A DNA stretch of 64,000 nucleotides from the IMG/VR virus record IMGVR_UViG_3300042558_003703; one strand, written 5' to 3'. How positions within the stretch are numbered: position 1 is the first letter of the stretch; the number at the start of each line of letters is the position of its first letter. This DNA is from an uncultured virus (IMG/VR IMGVR_UViG_3300042558_003703) (taxonomy: Duplodnaviria; Heunggongvirae; Uroviricota; Caudoviricetes). Below are positions 20,290-29,561 of this stretch, in pieces. The notes beneath the pieces are model-generated. The model was not told the origin of the DNA. It did no database searches and saw only the letters and a program-made list of their open reading frames with translations. The position numbers were made by a program, and so were the translations under genes.

Positions 20290-20465
20290 CTCCCGTCATC
20301 AATCCAAAATTTTGCATTTAAAAATAGCCAGCTTGCTCGATATGAACGTAGCAGACCTTCTGGCCATTCAAGATTATTTTCTTTGTAAACTCTAGGTATC
20401 CATTGCCAATGGAACGGATTAACTGTTAGTGTAACACAAGCACCGCTATAACGCAACCAATTCAT
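20283..20465 (-). CDS. Trp-rich hypothetical protein
   Basis: First ORF after the promoter at 20527-20499. Confidence 0.55.
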   Translation of the reverse strand: MNWLRYSGACVTLTVNPFHWQWIPRVYKENNLEWPEGLLRSYRASWLFLNAKFWIDDGSW

Positions 20466-20498
20466 TGTACTGTGTCCTTTAGGTTTAGTATATTATGT

Positions 20499-20557
20499 AT
20501 TATACATTAGAACAAATTACTGGTCAAAGAAAAACCACCCGAGCGAGTGGTTTTCCT
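20499..20557 (-). promoter_or_regulatory. Terminator hairpin followed by a sigma70 promoter
   Basis: AAAACCAC-CCGAGCGA-GTGGTTTT hairpin, then TTGACC-N17-TATAAT. Confidence 0.7.
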
Positions 20558-20589
20558 GAGTGTGTTCTGCGTGATCAGAACAGCGAATA

Positions 20590-20862
20590 TTAGTCTACAA
20601 GACCCATGCTCATGGCCAAATAACCAGCGGCAACCAGCTTACGGCTTGGTTTACCAATTTGGTATTCGGTCACAGTAACGCCGTTGCCAGCTCGGCGGCT
20701 GTTGCTGTAAACAGCAAAACCGTGCTGGCGAATGCGTGAAACTTCGGCGGAAAGGTTCTTTACGCCGAAACGCTTGTTGGCTTCAGCAGGAGTAATAGCT
20801 GCACCAGTCTGGAGAGCTTGGAATACTTTAAAAGTTTTGGTTTCTGGATTGATGTGTTTCAT
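20590..20862 (-). CDS. Winged helix-turn-helix protein
   Basis: LQTGAAITPAEANKRFGVKNLSAEVSRIRQHGFAV. Confidence 0.7.
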   Translation of the reverse strand: MKHINPETKTFKVFQALQTGAAITPAEANKRFGVKNLSAEVSRIRQHGFAVYSNSRRAGNGVTVTEYQIGKPSRKLVAAGYLAMSMGLVD

Positions 20863-20960
20863 ATATTTCCTTATCGTTTAGTTTAGTGGCTTTTGCAGCC
20901 TATAAACATAATAACACGGCTGTGGCATAAATGCTACGGCATTTGGCTCAATTGCTCAAA

Positions 20961-21242
20961 TTACTTGCTCGTTTCTTTTAATGTCAGCAGGGCCATGGTA
21001 AGATAACTTTCGTTGCGTACAGCAATAAAGTAAGGTTTGCGACCGGTACGGGGGCTTTTACTTGAACCAAAGGTTGCTTGCCACTCGGTTGGTCGGTCCC
21101 ATCGCCATTGGGTACCAAACATTTGTTCCATTCTCTCTTCAATGGGATCACACACATTACCTTCCCATTTGGCAAAACGCAGAGCATGAGTGTAACCTTT
21201 CTTGTACAGCGTATAATTCTTGGTTAATTTTATAATCTTCAT
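20961..21242 (-). CDS. Hypothetical protein
   Basis: ORF in operon; C-terminus resembles the FxxxxDxxxFxL family. Confidence 0.55.
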   Translation of the reverse strand: MKIIKLTKNYTLYKKGYTHALRFAKWEGNVCDPIEERMEQMFGTQWRWDRPTEWQATFGSSKSPRTGRKPYFIAVRNESYLTMALLTLKETSK

Positions 21243-21451
21243 CTGTGTAGTAACATCCATTCTGTTGCTTCTGGTGTCTCCGGAAAGGTCAACTTTATCT
21301 CAGGGGTATGGTCTTCGAACACCCAGTCAATTTCGTAAGGACCTGGTAGAATCTTTCTAAAGGTATCGGACAACTGCTGTTTTGTTTCTTCGCACCAAGG
21401 CTCACCAAGAAATCTGATAATGGCCAGGTTTGTTGCGTCTTCAATAGTCAT
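21239..21451 (-). CDS. Hypothetical protein
   Basis: ORF coupled at both ends. Confidence 0.55.
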   Translation of the reverse strand: MTIEDATNLAIIRFLGEPWCEETKQQLSDTFRKILPGPYEIDWVFEDHTPEIKLTFPETPEATEWMLLHR

Positions 21452-21621
21452 GATTCCCACCGCAACATAAAAAATGTGTAGTCCTTTTCTCGAACAAAAT
21501 AAATGGTATCAAATGCGTAGTCCCATTTTTTATCTTCAATATTGTCCCTGCACCATTCAAGAATTTCTTTTGATGGTTGTGCATTTGGTGCCGTTGAATT
21601 GTAACGCCATTCCTTCATCAT
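21448..21621 (-). CDS. 57-aa protein, FxxxxDxxxFxLxW family (below the ORF-track cutoff)
   Basis: Manually translated MMKEWRY...EWCRDNI...IYFVREKDYTFFMLRWES. Confidence 0.65.
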   Translation of the reverse strand: MMKEWRYNSTAPNAQPSKEILEWCRDNIEDKKWDYAFDTIYFVREKDYTFFMLRWES

Positions 21622-21851
21622 GCCCTCAATAAAAATGCTGTTGCTGACCTTTCGTTATCAAATTCAGCTCGATACCACCAGTCTGGAGGATCGTCGCCAT
21701 CGGCTACTATGTTGACTATGCCGTGTTCCTGTTCCAAGTAAACATAAAAGTTCAATCGACGAGGCTTTGCCTTCTCAAAGGCTGCCTCGTATTCGCTTCG
21801 GACTTTATCTAAAGTAGATTGAGAAAAACGATATACATTGACAGTATCCAT
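21618..21851 (-). CDS. Hypothetical protein
   Basis: Ends AEFDNERSATAFLLRA. Confidence 0.6.
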   Translation of the reverse strand: MDTVNVYRFSQSTLDKVRSEYEAAFEKAKPRRLNFYVYLEQEHGIVNIVADGDDPPDWWYRAEFDNERSATAFLLRA

Positions 21852-21854
21852 TTG

Positions 21855-22277
21855 TTATCGAGCCCGCATGCCAAGATTAATAAATTCTTTTTTGGCTGAT
21901 CTTGCATGCTCGCGACTCATACAGGTAAGCCATACACCATGTTCAGCAGTGGTGTCCCATAGGTCTTTGGCTTCTTTGAGTCCAAGGCCTGTGGCTGTAC
22001 GAATGGCCTTGATCACGGGTACAGCAATAGTGTGAGTGTGTCCCGAGTAAGGCATACCAGGACGACTCAGTTCCAGTCGCATGCTGCTGCCATTGCCTGA
22101 CAGCATGGTCATAAACACTTGACCCTTGACATCTTCGCCCACAGTAGGTCCCAACTCCTTCCAAACTTCCATGGCACGTTCGGCGCCGTAGTAGTTGCCC
22201 AGACTTTCCAAAAAACGAATACTGTCGTTGATCAGAATATCGTACAGGCCGTCTTTGTTTTCTTCCGTTTCGTCCAT
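21855..22277 (-). CDS. Protein containing a ribosomal protein bL12 (L7/L12) C-terminal-like domain
   Basis: VPVIKAIRTATGLGLKEAKDL motif. Confidence 0.75.
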   Translation of the reverse strand: MDETEENKDGLYDILINDSIRFLESLGNYYGAERAMEVWKELGPTVGEDVKGQVFMTMLSGNGSSMRLELSRPGMPYSGHTHTIAVPVIKAIRTATGLGLKEAKDLWDTTAEHGVWLTCMSREHARSAKKEFINLGMRAR

Positions 22278-22495
22278 TATCTTTTATGATGCAATTCTAC
22301 GCCTGGCATGTACTTCTCGCCAGTCCAGTGTTCAACAGTAACACACAGGCCTTCTAATACTGTCGTAGTACCCTCTAACATCTTGGGCAAAGACTTGGCA
22401 GCGGCCTGGCATTCGGCTTGAGATGTTTGCACAACCGGGATCTTGCTGACAAAATCTCCGGCAGCAGTATACATGAAGATCAACAAGACCCACAT
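22277..22495 (-). CDS. Small putative secreted protein
   Basis: MWVLLIFM...SQAECQAA...C. Confidence 0.55.
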   Translation of the reverse strand: MWVLLIFMYTAAGDFVSKIPVVQTSQAECQAAAKSLPKMLEGTTTVLEGLCVTVEHWTGEKYMPGVELHHKR

Positions 22496-22496
22496 G

Positions 22497-22769
22497 TTAG
22501 ACCACTGTCAGCATGTTGGCAGGCACTCGGTAAGTACCTTTGGGGGTACTGACATGCACATACTTGATGTTGATTTTAAGAACCGAGCCAGAATGAACGT
22601 AGCCAATACGTGTATCTTTAAATTCTACACGATCGCCTACACGGATTGAACGCTTGACCTGGTGACCAAGTTGGGTACGAGCGTATTTGATAGCTTCTCC
22701 CAACTCGTTGAGTTCGGCATTTGAGTAGCCATTCAACATGATGGCAGATTTAAGAACATTGATATCCAT
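22497..22769 (-). CDS. SH3/KOW-like hypothetical protein
   Basis: IRVGDRVEF...GSVLKINIK...YRVPANML. Confidence 0.6.
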   Translation of the reverse strand: MDINVLKSAIMLNGYSNAELNELGEAIKYARTQLGHQVKRSIRVGDRVEFKDTRIGYVHSGSVLKINIKYVHVSTPKGTYRVPANMLTVV

Positions 22770-23110
22770 TATGTGACCTCTGTATGTTTGCATTTACCGC
22801 GGAACTTGAACCCGGAACATGTGCAAGTCAACTTGCCAGCCACACGTTCTACTATATAATTTTCACCTCGGCTGCCTTTGACAATCCAACTGTCCTTAGA
22901 CACTACTACTTCGGGTTCTTCAAACCCAAACGTGTTAGGTACTTCCTTAAACTTACGTTTAGTAGTACCAAAGCGATACTTGGACTTCATCATCTCAAGT
23001 TGTTCACTGCCGGCTTTGACATACCCATACATGAATTCCTTGCTGTCACTCAACAGGTATACATGATTAGGGTAGTGTCCGCCTTCAGTTGTTTCTTGAA
23101 AAAATTTCAT
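22769..23110 (-). CDS. SWIM zinc-finger protein
   Basis: VKGSRGENYIV...CTCSGFKFRGKCKH. Confidence 0.8.
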   Translation of the reverse strand: MKFFQETTEGGHYPNHVYLLSDSKEFMYGYVKAGSEQLEMMKSKYRFGTTKRKFKEVPNTFGFEEPEVVVSKDSWIVKGSRGENYIVERVAGKLTCTCSGFKFRGKCKHTEVT

Positions 23111-23527
23111 TTAGTTGGCACACATGCGAATGAACTGCACCACACGACCGTAAGCATCATACTGCGGTACATTCTGTGTGACGCAGGCACGGGGTTGATA
23201 ATAACCACCGTATGCCGCAGGCGGCGCAGGGTAAACAGGAACCACTCCGGGTGGAGGAGCATATCCATAACCAGGTTGAGCATATACCGGAGGTGCGCCA
23301 TAACCAGGTTGAGCATACCCTTGAGCAGCCGCGTTGGCATTGTTTTGCATTACACCTGAGATGATGGCGCCGGTGATCATACCGGCAGCACCGATTGCGG
23401 CACTGTTCCAAGCGGCACTGTTATTGTAGCCTTGGTTCTGATTGTAGCCGCGTTGAGCGTGGGCTGGTGCCACGGCAGTTGCGGCTAAGGCTGCTACTGT
23501 TGCGATTACAATTACGGACTTTTTCAT
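23111..23527 (-). CDS. Secreted Gly/Pro/Tyr-rich protein (signal peptide, glycine zipper)
   Basis: MKKSVIVIATVAALAATAVAPAHA; GAAGMITGAII; YAQPGYG repeats; AGGAGG RBS. Confidence 0.7.
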   Translation of the reverse strand: MKKSVIVIATVAALAATAVAPAHAQRGYNQNQGYNNSAAWNSAAIGAAGMITGAIISGVMQNNANAAAQGYAQPGYGAPPVYAQPGYGYAPPPGVVPVYPAPPAAYGGYYQPRACVTQNVPQYDAYGRVVQFIRMCAN

Positions 23528-23562
23528 GGTGCCCTCCTGGGCTGTTTGTTTACTGTACATAC

Positions 23563-23591
23563 ATTATAGCAAACGGTGAGTTTCTGGTCAA
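23563..23591 (-). promoter_or_regulatory. Sigma70-type early promoter cassette
   Basis: TTGACC-N17-TATAAT followed by ACAGTAAACAAACAG. Confidence 0.85.
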
Positions 23592-23595
23592 CCGT

Positions 23596-23835
23596 TTAAT
23601 CGTACGATTTCTTGTCGCCGTGGCGTTCATTGTGATCGTAACCGGCATAGTAGGCCGCAACTTCTTCTGCGGTCATCTGCTCTTCGGTCACAATGGGAGA
23701 CATACCGGTACCGCCCACATAGTAGTGTGGTTTGGCACCACGGCTGTAATAGCTGTCAGCCGAGCCGCGATCAAATGGACCACCGTGGCGGGCATTGTAT
23801 TCTACACCGTTGAACGTGACTTGTGATACAACCAT
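23596..23835 (-). CDS. Hypothetical protein
   Basis: RHGGPFDRGSADSYYSR...YYAGY. Confidence 0.7.
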   Translation of the reverse strand: MVVSQVTFNGVEYNARHGGPFDRGSADSYYSRGAKPHYYVGGTGMSPIVTEEQMTAEEVAAYYAGYDHNERHGDKKSYD

Positions 23836-23897
23836 TTTGTTACTCCTGTTTTGTTAGTGTAAGTACATTATAGCCGAAATAGCATTTCTGGTCAAGC

Positions 23898-23924
23898 AAA
23901 ATAGCCCCATGACGGGGCTATTTT
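23898..23924. terminator. Intrinsic terminator hairpin
   Basis: AAAATAGCCCC-ATGAC-GGGGCTATTTT. Confidence 0.8.
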
Positions 23925-23931
23925 TGTGTTG

Positions 23932-24168
23932 TTATTTTGCAACAAAACCGCAGAAGTGCTCGCAGTCGTACCAGGCAACAGGCACGTGGTTAAGCTCGTA
24001 AACAAACACTGGGTCTGCTTGCTCATTTACAACATCATAAACTATGTTGTTTTGAGCTACAAAATCGTTGGGGTAAACGTCAAACATGTCATCTTCACTG
24101 GGCTCAACGATGAGAAGCGAGCAGTTGTATGCATTATTGTTTACAAAAGCGTCTAGGTCGTAAACCAT
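23932..24168 (-). CDS. Acidic hypothetical protein
   Basis: Single gene between two repeated promoter cassettes. Confidence 0.65.
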   Translation of the reverse strand: MVYDLDAFVNNNAYNCSLLIVEPSEDDMFDVYPNDFVAQNNIVYDVVNEQADPVFVYELNHVPVAWYDCEHFCGFVAK

Positions 24169-24233
24169 AATAAACTCCTGTTTTGTTAGTGTAAGTACAT
24201 TATAGCCGAAATAGAGTTTCTGGTCTACCAAAA

Positions 24234-24434
24234 TTAGGCTTTAACACAGTCAAAGATGCTTTGTTGCAAATCAGCAACTTCGTCAATGGGAACATAAAAA
24301 TCGGTACGAGGATCCCAATATTCGCCTGCTTTGTTGTCATAATACAACACTCTACCGTTTGGGTAATGGAACGGACCTTCCAAACCTGGGCGAGGACCGT
24401 ATGCTTGATTGTGCTTGAAAACTCTGTATGTCAT
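24234..24434 (-). CDS. Hypothetical protein
   Basis: GLEGPFHYPNGRVLYYDNKAGEYWDP. Confidence 0.65.
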   Translation of the reverse strand: MTYRVFKHNQAYGPRPGLEGPFHYPNGRVLYYDNKAGEYWDPRTDFYVPIDEVADLQQSIFDCVKA

Positions 24435-24643
24435 TCTTCAACTCCAAAACGGTTTTTAATATCAAATGATGCCCAGTGCCGACCAGATTTATAATCACCA
24501 GTATCATAGTCTTCAGTCAAATTAGCAACTCGAGCACATTCAGCCACAATCAACTCGGCGAACTTTTCACAGAATTCTCTTTCGTCCAAATTGCCTGCGG
24601 CAAGACATGTCTCACTATATATTTTCTCAATCAATTCGTTCAT
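24431..24643 (-). CDS. Small protein of the MNE...KFAELIVxEC...FGVEE family
   Basis: Paralog of 43270-43578 and 43575-43784. Confidence 0.7.
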   Translation of the reverse strand: MNELIEKIYSETCLAAGNLDEREFCEKFAELIVAECARVANLTEDYDTGDYKSGRHWASFDIKNRFGVEE

Positions 24644-24644
24644 C

Positions 24645-24905
24645 TTACATGCTCCAGTAAGTTTCTGATGCCGGGTTGCAACACCAAGGAGTATTGGAAT
24701 CGATTTCTACTTCCGCGCCGGTCATTAGGTTCTTGACAGTCTTTTTGGTTACCACAAAAGTGTCGTAATAAGTGAAGTGAGCCACAGCATATTCAACAGC
24801 TCCGGCCTTGCGGTTCATCACAGTGGCAGATCGTCTGGCGCCGGCCACGGTGTTGAACTCTTTGATCTTTGCGGTACTACCAAGTTGGTATACAATGTAC
24901 GACAT
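24645..24905 (-). CDS. Hypothetical protein
   Basis: KNLMTG..VEI...TPWCCNPASETYWSM. Confidence 0.7.
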   Translation of the reverse strand: MSYIVYQLGSTAKIKEFNTVAGARRSATVMNRKAGAVEYAVAHFTYYDTFVVTKKTVKNLMTGAEVEIDSNTPWCCNPASETYWSM

Positions 24906-24935
24906 GTTCCGCTCCTGTTCGTTTACTGTATATCT

Positions 24936-24964
24936 AGTATAGCCGTAATTGAGTTATTGGTCAA
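24936..24964 (-). promoter_or_regulatory. Sigma70-type early promoter cassette
   Basis: TTGACC-N17-TATACT followed by ACAGTAAACGAACAGGAG. Confidence 0.85.
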
Positions 24965-26049
24965 CCTAATGTACTATTCTTTTTATAATATTCACTCAAC
25001 ATGTATAAATTTTCTTTATTATTATGATTCTTATATTTGCTGAGATAATCGATAATATCAGGATTATAATCAATTATTAAATCTTTGGTCAATCTGGCAT
25101 CAAGAAATTGAGGTAGTAAATCCTCGATCGGACACTGCAGGAGTATTTTTGCAATTTCGATATCTTTAAAAGGAGTCCAAGTTAATGTATTACCTAAATG
25201 CCAGTGCTGGTGATCGTTTATTAAAATATTCAATATCTGTTTATTTAACAAATCAATGGTGGGATAGTCGTGTTGCAATTGATGTCGAGTGTTCCATGCA
25301 TCTTTCCATAGTTTATCGTAACGATTGAAATGATGATAATGATAACTGGTTGGGTTAGCAGATAATAATTGAAAGAAATTAATATTATGCCATGCTGTCA
25401 GCATGCTGATTACAGCAGGACCTCTTAAAAAATATTCATCGCCGTGGCTACCGGTTGCTAACCAAGCAGGTTCTACCCAATGATGTATCTGTTTGTATGC
25501 CCAAAATTTTTTCAGTGTAGTTTGATTTTCAGTAGTAAATTGGTCCAGGGCATAATGTTCTTCGGTTAATAGATCAAAATCCGAAAGCATGCTGTATATC
25601 AGTAATGTGTCTACTCCGCCGGAATAATACAACTTCATACGCTCCAGCGGTGACGTTAATTTTCTGTCCAGACGTTGCTGTATTCTGTGTTGAGCTTGCC
25701 CAATTGTCAATGCGCCCGGGGCGACAGACAGGTCGACTGAGTGTTTGGTTAAAGTTATATTTCCATGTTTGTCAATGTGGGCTGCATCATCAGCCCAGAC
25801 TGGACACAAAGAACAGTCGAGATTGGTAATCAATCTCGACTGATACCACAGCGGAAAACTTCTCGGTTGACTGTGATCGATTTCAGCACCGTGTTGATCG
25901 AATACTATTTTGCAATAATTATCATCATATCCTTTATAAAATGTTGAATCAGTCTGTTGCCAACCGTTATCACAATTAAACCATAAATGATCAAATTGAA
26001 AATTATTAGGAAATTTTTTATCTATTTTGGTGCTGATGCTAAAAAACAT
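24961..26049 (-). CDS. Asparagine-synthetase-like PP-loop adenylyltransferase
   Basis: LYYSGGVDT, TGSHGDE, TPF.D motifs. Confidence 0.65.
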   Translation of the reverse strand: MFFSISTKIDKKFPNNFQFDHLWFNCDNGWQQTDSTFYKGYDDNYCKIVFDQHGAEIDHSQPRSFPLWYQSRLITNLDCSLCPVWADDAAHIDKHGNITLTKHSVDLSVAPGALTIGQAQHRIQQRLDRKLTSPLERMKLYYSGGVDTLLIYSMLSDFDLLTEEHYALDQFTTENQTTLKKFWAYKQIHHWVEPAWLATGSHGDEYFLRGPAVISMLTAWHNINFFQLLSANPTSYHYHHFNRYDKLWKDAWNTRHQLQHDYPTIDLLNKQILNILINDHQHWHLGNTLTWTPFKDIEIAKILLQCPIEDLLPQFLDARLTKDLIIDYNPDIIDYLSKYKNHNNKENLYMLSEYYKKNSTLG

Positions 26050-26053
26050 TTTA

Positions 26054-26644
26054 TTAACGTTTACTAATAACTCGATCTGCTAGACCATAAGTCACAGCTT
26101 CGTCTGCACTCATGAAAAAGTCGCGTTCCATATCTCGTGCTAGATCTTCAAAGCTTTTTCCACCAGTATTATGTTGGTAGTAAATGCCGGTTAATTCTTT
26201 CTTCATTTTAAGGATTTCACGTACTTGAATTTCCATGTCTGTGGCTTGGCCACGGGCACCGCCCGACGGTTGGTGAATCATGTGTCTAGCGTAGGGCAAG
26301 ATCAAACGTTTACCTTCTGCTCCGGCTTGTGCCAACAAGGATCCCATGCTACAGGCCTGACCCATGACTACTGTGGAAACATCGCATTTGATAAACTGCA
26401 TGGTATCGTAAATGGCCATGCCAGCAGTGACTACTCCGCCAGGCGAATTGATGTAAAACAAGATATCGCGGTCTGGATCTTCTGACTCCAAAAACAGCAT
26501 CTGTGCCACAATTAGGCTGGCACTGTGTTCGTTGACATCGGTGTCCAACATCACAATGCGGTCTTTGAGTAGACGGCTATAAATGTCATAACTGCGCTCA
26601 CCTTTGGCGGTTTGCTCTACTACCATTGGAATCAAACTGGGCAT
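26054..26644 (-). CDS. clpP: ATP-dependent Clp protease proteolytic subunit
   Basis: [21 protein letters not shown], catalytic ACSMG / MIHQP / RDFFM. Confidence 0.97.
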   Translation of the reverse strand: MPSLIPMVVEQTAKGERSYDIYSRLLKDRIVMLDTDVNEHSASLIVAQMLFLESEDPDRDILFYINSPGGVVTAGMAIYDTMQFIKCDVSTVVMGQACSMGSLLAQAGAEGKRLILPYARHMIHQPSGGARGQATDMEIQVREILKMKKELTGIYYQHNTGGKSFEDLARDMERDFFMSADEAVTYGLADRVISKR

Positions 26645-26742
26645 ACATTTCCTTTAATGTTTTAACTTGTTTATACAGTATATACTATTTTTAGATAGTC
26701 TGCAAGAATTATGGTCTGATAGCAGTAGCATGTAATAAATAC

Positions 26743-28359
26743 TTGATGCGCGACTTACTTGATCTACTCGAAAATATCTTATTAACTGAAAAATCCCGTG
26801 GTCTACTTTACCGAGACAAAGGCGATGGATTTTTTCAAGGATCTTTAGAAAATCCATCGGCTGTAATTACATTTGATGGTGTAGACTACTATCCCGGTAT
26901 GCCCGGTGCTTACGAAACTCCCGAAGAAATAGACGCAGCTTGGCAACAAGCTGAACAAACATATCCAGGTATTGTTTGGTCAAACAAGCCCAAGGGATCC
27001 AGTAAAGCGTTTGCTGTACTGAAATTTGACGGTCCAGCTAAAGGTAAAAAAAGTTATTTTGGTAGATTTTTTAATGATATAAAACCTGACATGGCCGGAG
27101 CATGGGGAAATGGCGAGTTGCCAGGCGGGTGGCAATTAAACAAGACTACCAGTCTCAAAGGCAGTTATTATAAACTAAAACCAGCTGATTTATTTCCACC
27201 TAACAGCAACTTTGCCACTCCATCTGACTGTGTAGCAGAACTTGGAACCAATCCCAAAAACAACCCAGCTGTGCCGAAGATTATGCCCGGCATGCAAGAA
27301 TTGCTAACCGGGCGATTACCGACATTTGAGAATGTAGGAGAAATGGGTAGTGCTATTAGAGATGACTTAGGCGAAACAATAGGGCCTATTGCATTAATAC
27401 AAGGAATGATTAATACACAAGGTGCTGAGGCTGCCAGAAAAGATATCTTAGGACCCAACGGCAGCTATAGTGGATCAAGTATCTACTTTCCTGCTGCAAA
27501 AAATAACGGACTTGTTGATAGTTATATTACCACACCAGGTGGTGTCGAAATTGGTATTTCCAGCAAGGGCGAAAAGGGTGCCTTGGCCAGTGTTAGAAAT
27601 ATTTCTGATGGTATCGACGTTGCTCGGCAAAAAGGCATGACTGATCTGTTAGATAGCTATGCTGAAGAAATCAAAAGAATTGAAGAAGTAGGAAAATTAA
27701 GTAGTCTCGAATTTCCATTGAAATTGGGTATAGAACAGGGCTTGATAAATGCTGGCCAAGCCAAAATAATTCTACAGCTAGTCAAAGAAGGTGCCAAATC
27801 ATTAGATGCTGTTACTATGAGTCAAGAAGATTCGGCTGTGTTATCAGGGCTGATGAAAGATATTAAAGCCAAAACAGATAATACAAGATACAACGCTGGT
27901 TATCATATTCTCAGTAGTCTGGCACGTAAGGTAGTACAACAGATTAATACTGATCCAAAATTTGGCGAAGCATGTTTAAAGTTCCTTAATACCAGTCCCA
28001 TTATACAATTGCATCTTAACGCCAACATGAAAGGCGATAATGTACAAGTAACCGGGTTCAGCAGTAAATATCCTCCAGATTTCAAAGGTACAGTCGGGTT
28101 GGATGCCAGCAAGGTTTATGCTGCTACAGGCATCATCGGTCGTGTTTCTTTTGCTTATAATCCAGTTAGTGATGGTCTTCCAGATGCAGACGAAACTGAT
28201 TCAGTGCCTCCAGAGCCCGCTGTTATTGACAATGAAAAACTAGATGCTGTTAATCAACAACGCAGTGGAATTAAAGCTGCTAGAATGACTGCAGCACCTG
28301 CAGGTGCTTCGGAACCTGTTGGTAATAAGCAATCCCTGGGCCGAGCAAGACGTCGTTAA
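26743..28359 (+). CDS. Late-expressed hypothetical protein, possibly PD-(D/E)XK-like or head-packaged
   Basis: 538-aa ORF, TAAATA just upstream, N-terminal LLTE, internal VDSY...IGISSKG. Confidence 0.6.
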   Translation: MMRDLLDLLENILLTEKSRGLLYRDKGDGFFQGSLENPSAVITFDGVDYYPGMPGAYETPEEIDAAWQQAEQTYPGIVWSNKPKGSSKAFAVLKFDGPAKGKKSYFGRFFNDIKPDMAGAWGNGELPGGWQLNKTTSLKGSYYKLKPADLFPPNSNFATPSDCVAELGTNPKNNPAVPKIMPGMQELLTGRLPTFENVGEMGSAIRDDLGETIGPIALIQGMINTQGAEAARKDILGPNGSYSGSSIYFPAAKNNGLVDSYITTPGGVEIGISSKGEKGALASVRNISDGIDVARQKGMTDLLDSYAEEIKRIEEVGKLSSLEFPLKLGIEQGLINAGQAKIILQLVKEGAKSLDAVTMSQEDSAVLSGLMKDIKAKTDNTRYNAGYHILSSLARKVVQQINTDPKFGEACLKFLNTSPIIQLHLNANMKGDNVQVTGFSSKYPPDFKGTVGLDASKVYAATGIIGRVSFAYNPVSDGLPDADETDSVPPEPAVIDNEKLDAVNQQRSGIKAARMTAAPAGASEPVGNKQSLGRARRR

Positions 28360-28913
28360 CCTATGTGATCGCAGATGTGATACTGTAAGGCTTCTTCGGC
28401 CGACAAGTACACATCCTGTGCCGGCAACAGAATTTCTTTGATGGTGTCTTGATCTAGTCCAGTGGTTTGTTGATACAACTTGATCATTCTTTTCTGAGTC
28501 AAATCAAATTCTTTCATGGTTGCAAAAAGCTCATGTGCTTTGCCTTCTGTGCCCCAACTGAATTGATGGCTCATGACACTGGTATTGGGTGTTAGAATTC
28601 TACGACCAGCATGCCCGGCTAAAAATATCAACAAGCCACAGCTGGCAATCTGTCCAAGTCCTACTGTTTTGATCGGTATTTTGCTGGAGCGCATGACATC
28701 AATCAAAGCAAATGCTACACTGAGATCGCCGCCTTCGCTGCAGATCATCAACAAGAGTTCTTTGAGTTTTTTCTTTTTAACATAGTTTTCGTACAAGACC
28801 CATTCCACTACCGGTCTAACAGATTCAGCATCAATCTCGCCCATCAGGACCATCATGCCATGGTCGCTCAAGGTAGGAATGTTGTCTAGTGCAGAATCTT
28901 TGTCTATGGCCAT
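28356..28913 (-). CDS. Second, divergent ClpP-family protease
   Basis: ICSEGG, IASCG, MSHQ, QDVYLSAEEAL. Confidence 0.88.
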   Translation of the reverse strand: MAIDKDSALDNIPTLSDHGMMVLMGEIDAESVRPVVEWVLYENYVKKKKLKELLLMICSEGGDLSVAFALIDVMRSSKIPIKTVGLGQIASCGLLIFLAGHAGRRILTPNTSVMSHQFSWGTEGKAHELFATMKEFDLTQKRMIKLYQQTTGLDQDTIKEILLPAQDVYLSAEEALQYHICDHIG

Positions 28914-28981
28914 ATTTGATAAAAGTAAAGGTAATACTGCATTATACAGCATTACCTTTACTTATCACTAGCAAAACGGTA

Positions 28982-29197
28982 TTATTTGTTTGGAAAAAGA
29001 GTCTTGGTTGCCTCTTTCATGTTGTTGTTGAAATATTCTGCAGCAGACTCAACATGCTTTGCAAATCCTTTGCTAAATTCAACTTGCTTATCAGTTAGAT
29101 CAAGCAAGGCAGTTTTAACTGCGTCTGGTTGTACGTAAGCAATGGCTGCTTTTGCGTTTTTTGCGTAAGTGTCTACTAAAGTTTCGAATGTGAACAT
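28982..29197 (-). CDS. Small helical phasin-like protein (tentative)
   Basis: 71-aa amphipathic Ala/Lys-rich helix, LTDKQVEFSK; TGC-rich palindrome upstream. Confidence 0.5.
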   Translation of the reverse strand: MFTFETLVDTYAKNAKAAIAYVQPDAVKTALLDLTDKQVEFSKGFAKHVESAAEYFNNNMKEATKTLFPNK

Positions 29198-29339
29198 TAT
29201 GTTTTCCTTTAAATGGTGTAGTTCTATTGTACACTTATTTATGCTGCAAAGCAACAATTTAATGTTTTTATTGGATGTTTTGGCAATATTTGCACCGGCA
29301 TAACAATTAGTTAATAAATATTACATCAAGGAGATTTAC

Positions 29340-29561
29340 ATGTTTAAAGCAATTAAAGAATTTTTCGCTGGAAAAAAAGCAGATGCAGCAGAACCGCAGG
29401 CGCCTTACAAAGTGGAAACACCTGTAGCAGAAGTTACAGAACGGTCTTCGGCTCCTGCATCAGAGGCTAAACAGTCTGCAGCTCCTGCGACTAAGAAATC
29501 TGCTGCTGCTAAAAAGCCAGCTGCTCGAAAGCCAGCTGCTAAAAAACCCACACCTAACTAA
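29340..29561 (+). CDS. Small Lys/Ala/Pro-rich (histone-like) protein
   Basis: AKKPAARKPAAKKP; TAAATA box and AGGAG RBS. Confidence 0.7.
   Translation: MFKAIKEFFAGKKADAAEPQAPYKVETPVAEVTERSSAPASEAKQSAAPATKKSAAAKKPAARKPAAKKPTPN

Larger units (their letters stand above)
23842..24225 (-). repeat. Direct repeat of a ~52-bp promoter-leader-RBS cassette (23842-23893 and 24174-24225)
   Basis: GACCAGAAA(TG/CT)CTATTTCGGCTATAATGTACTTACACTAACAAAACAGGAGT, 2 mismatches. Confidence 0.9.
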
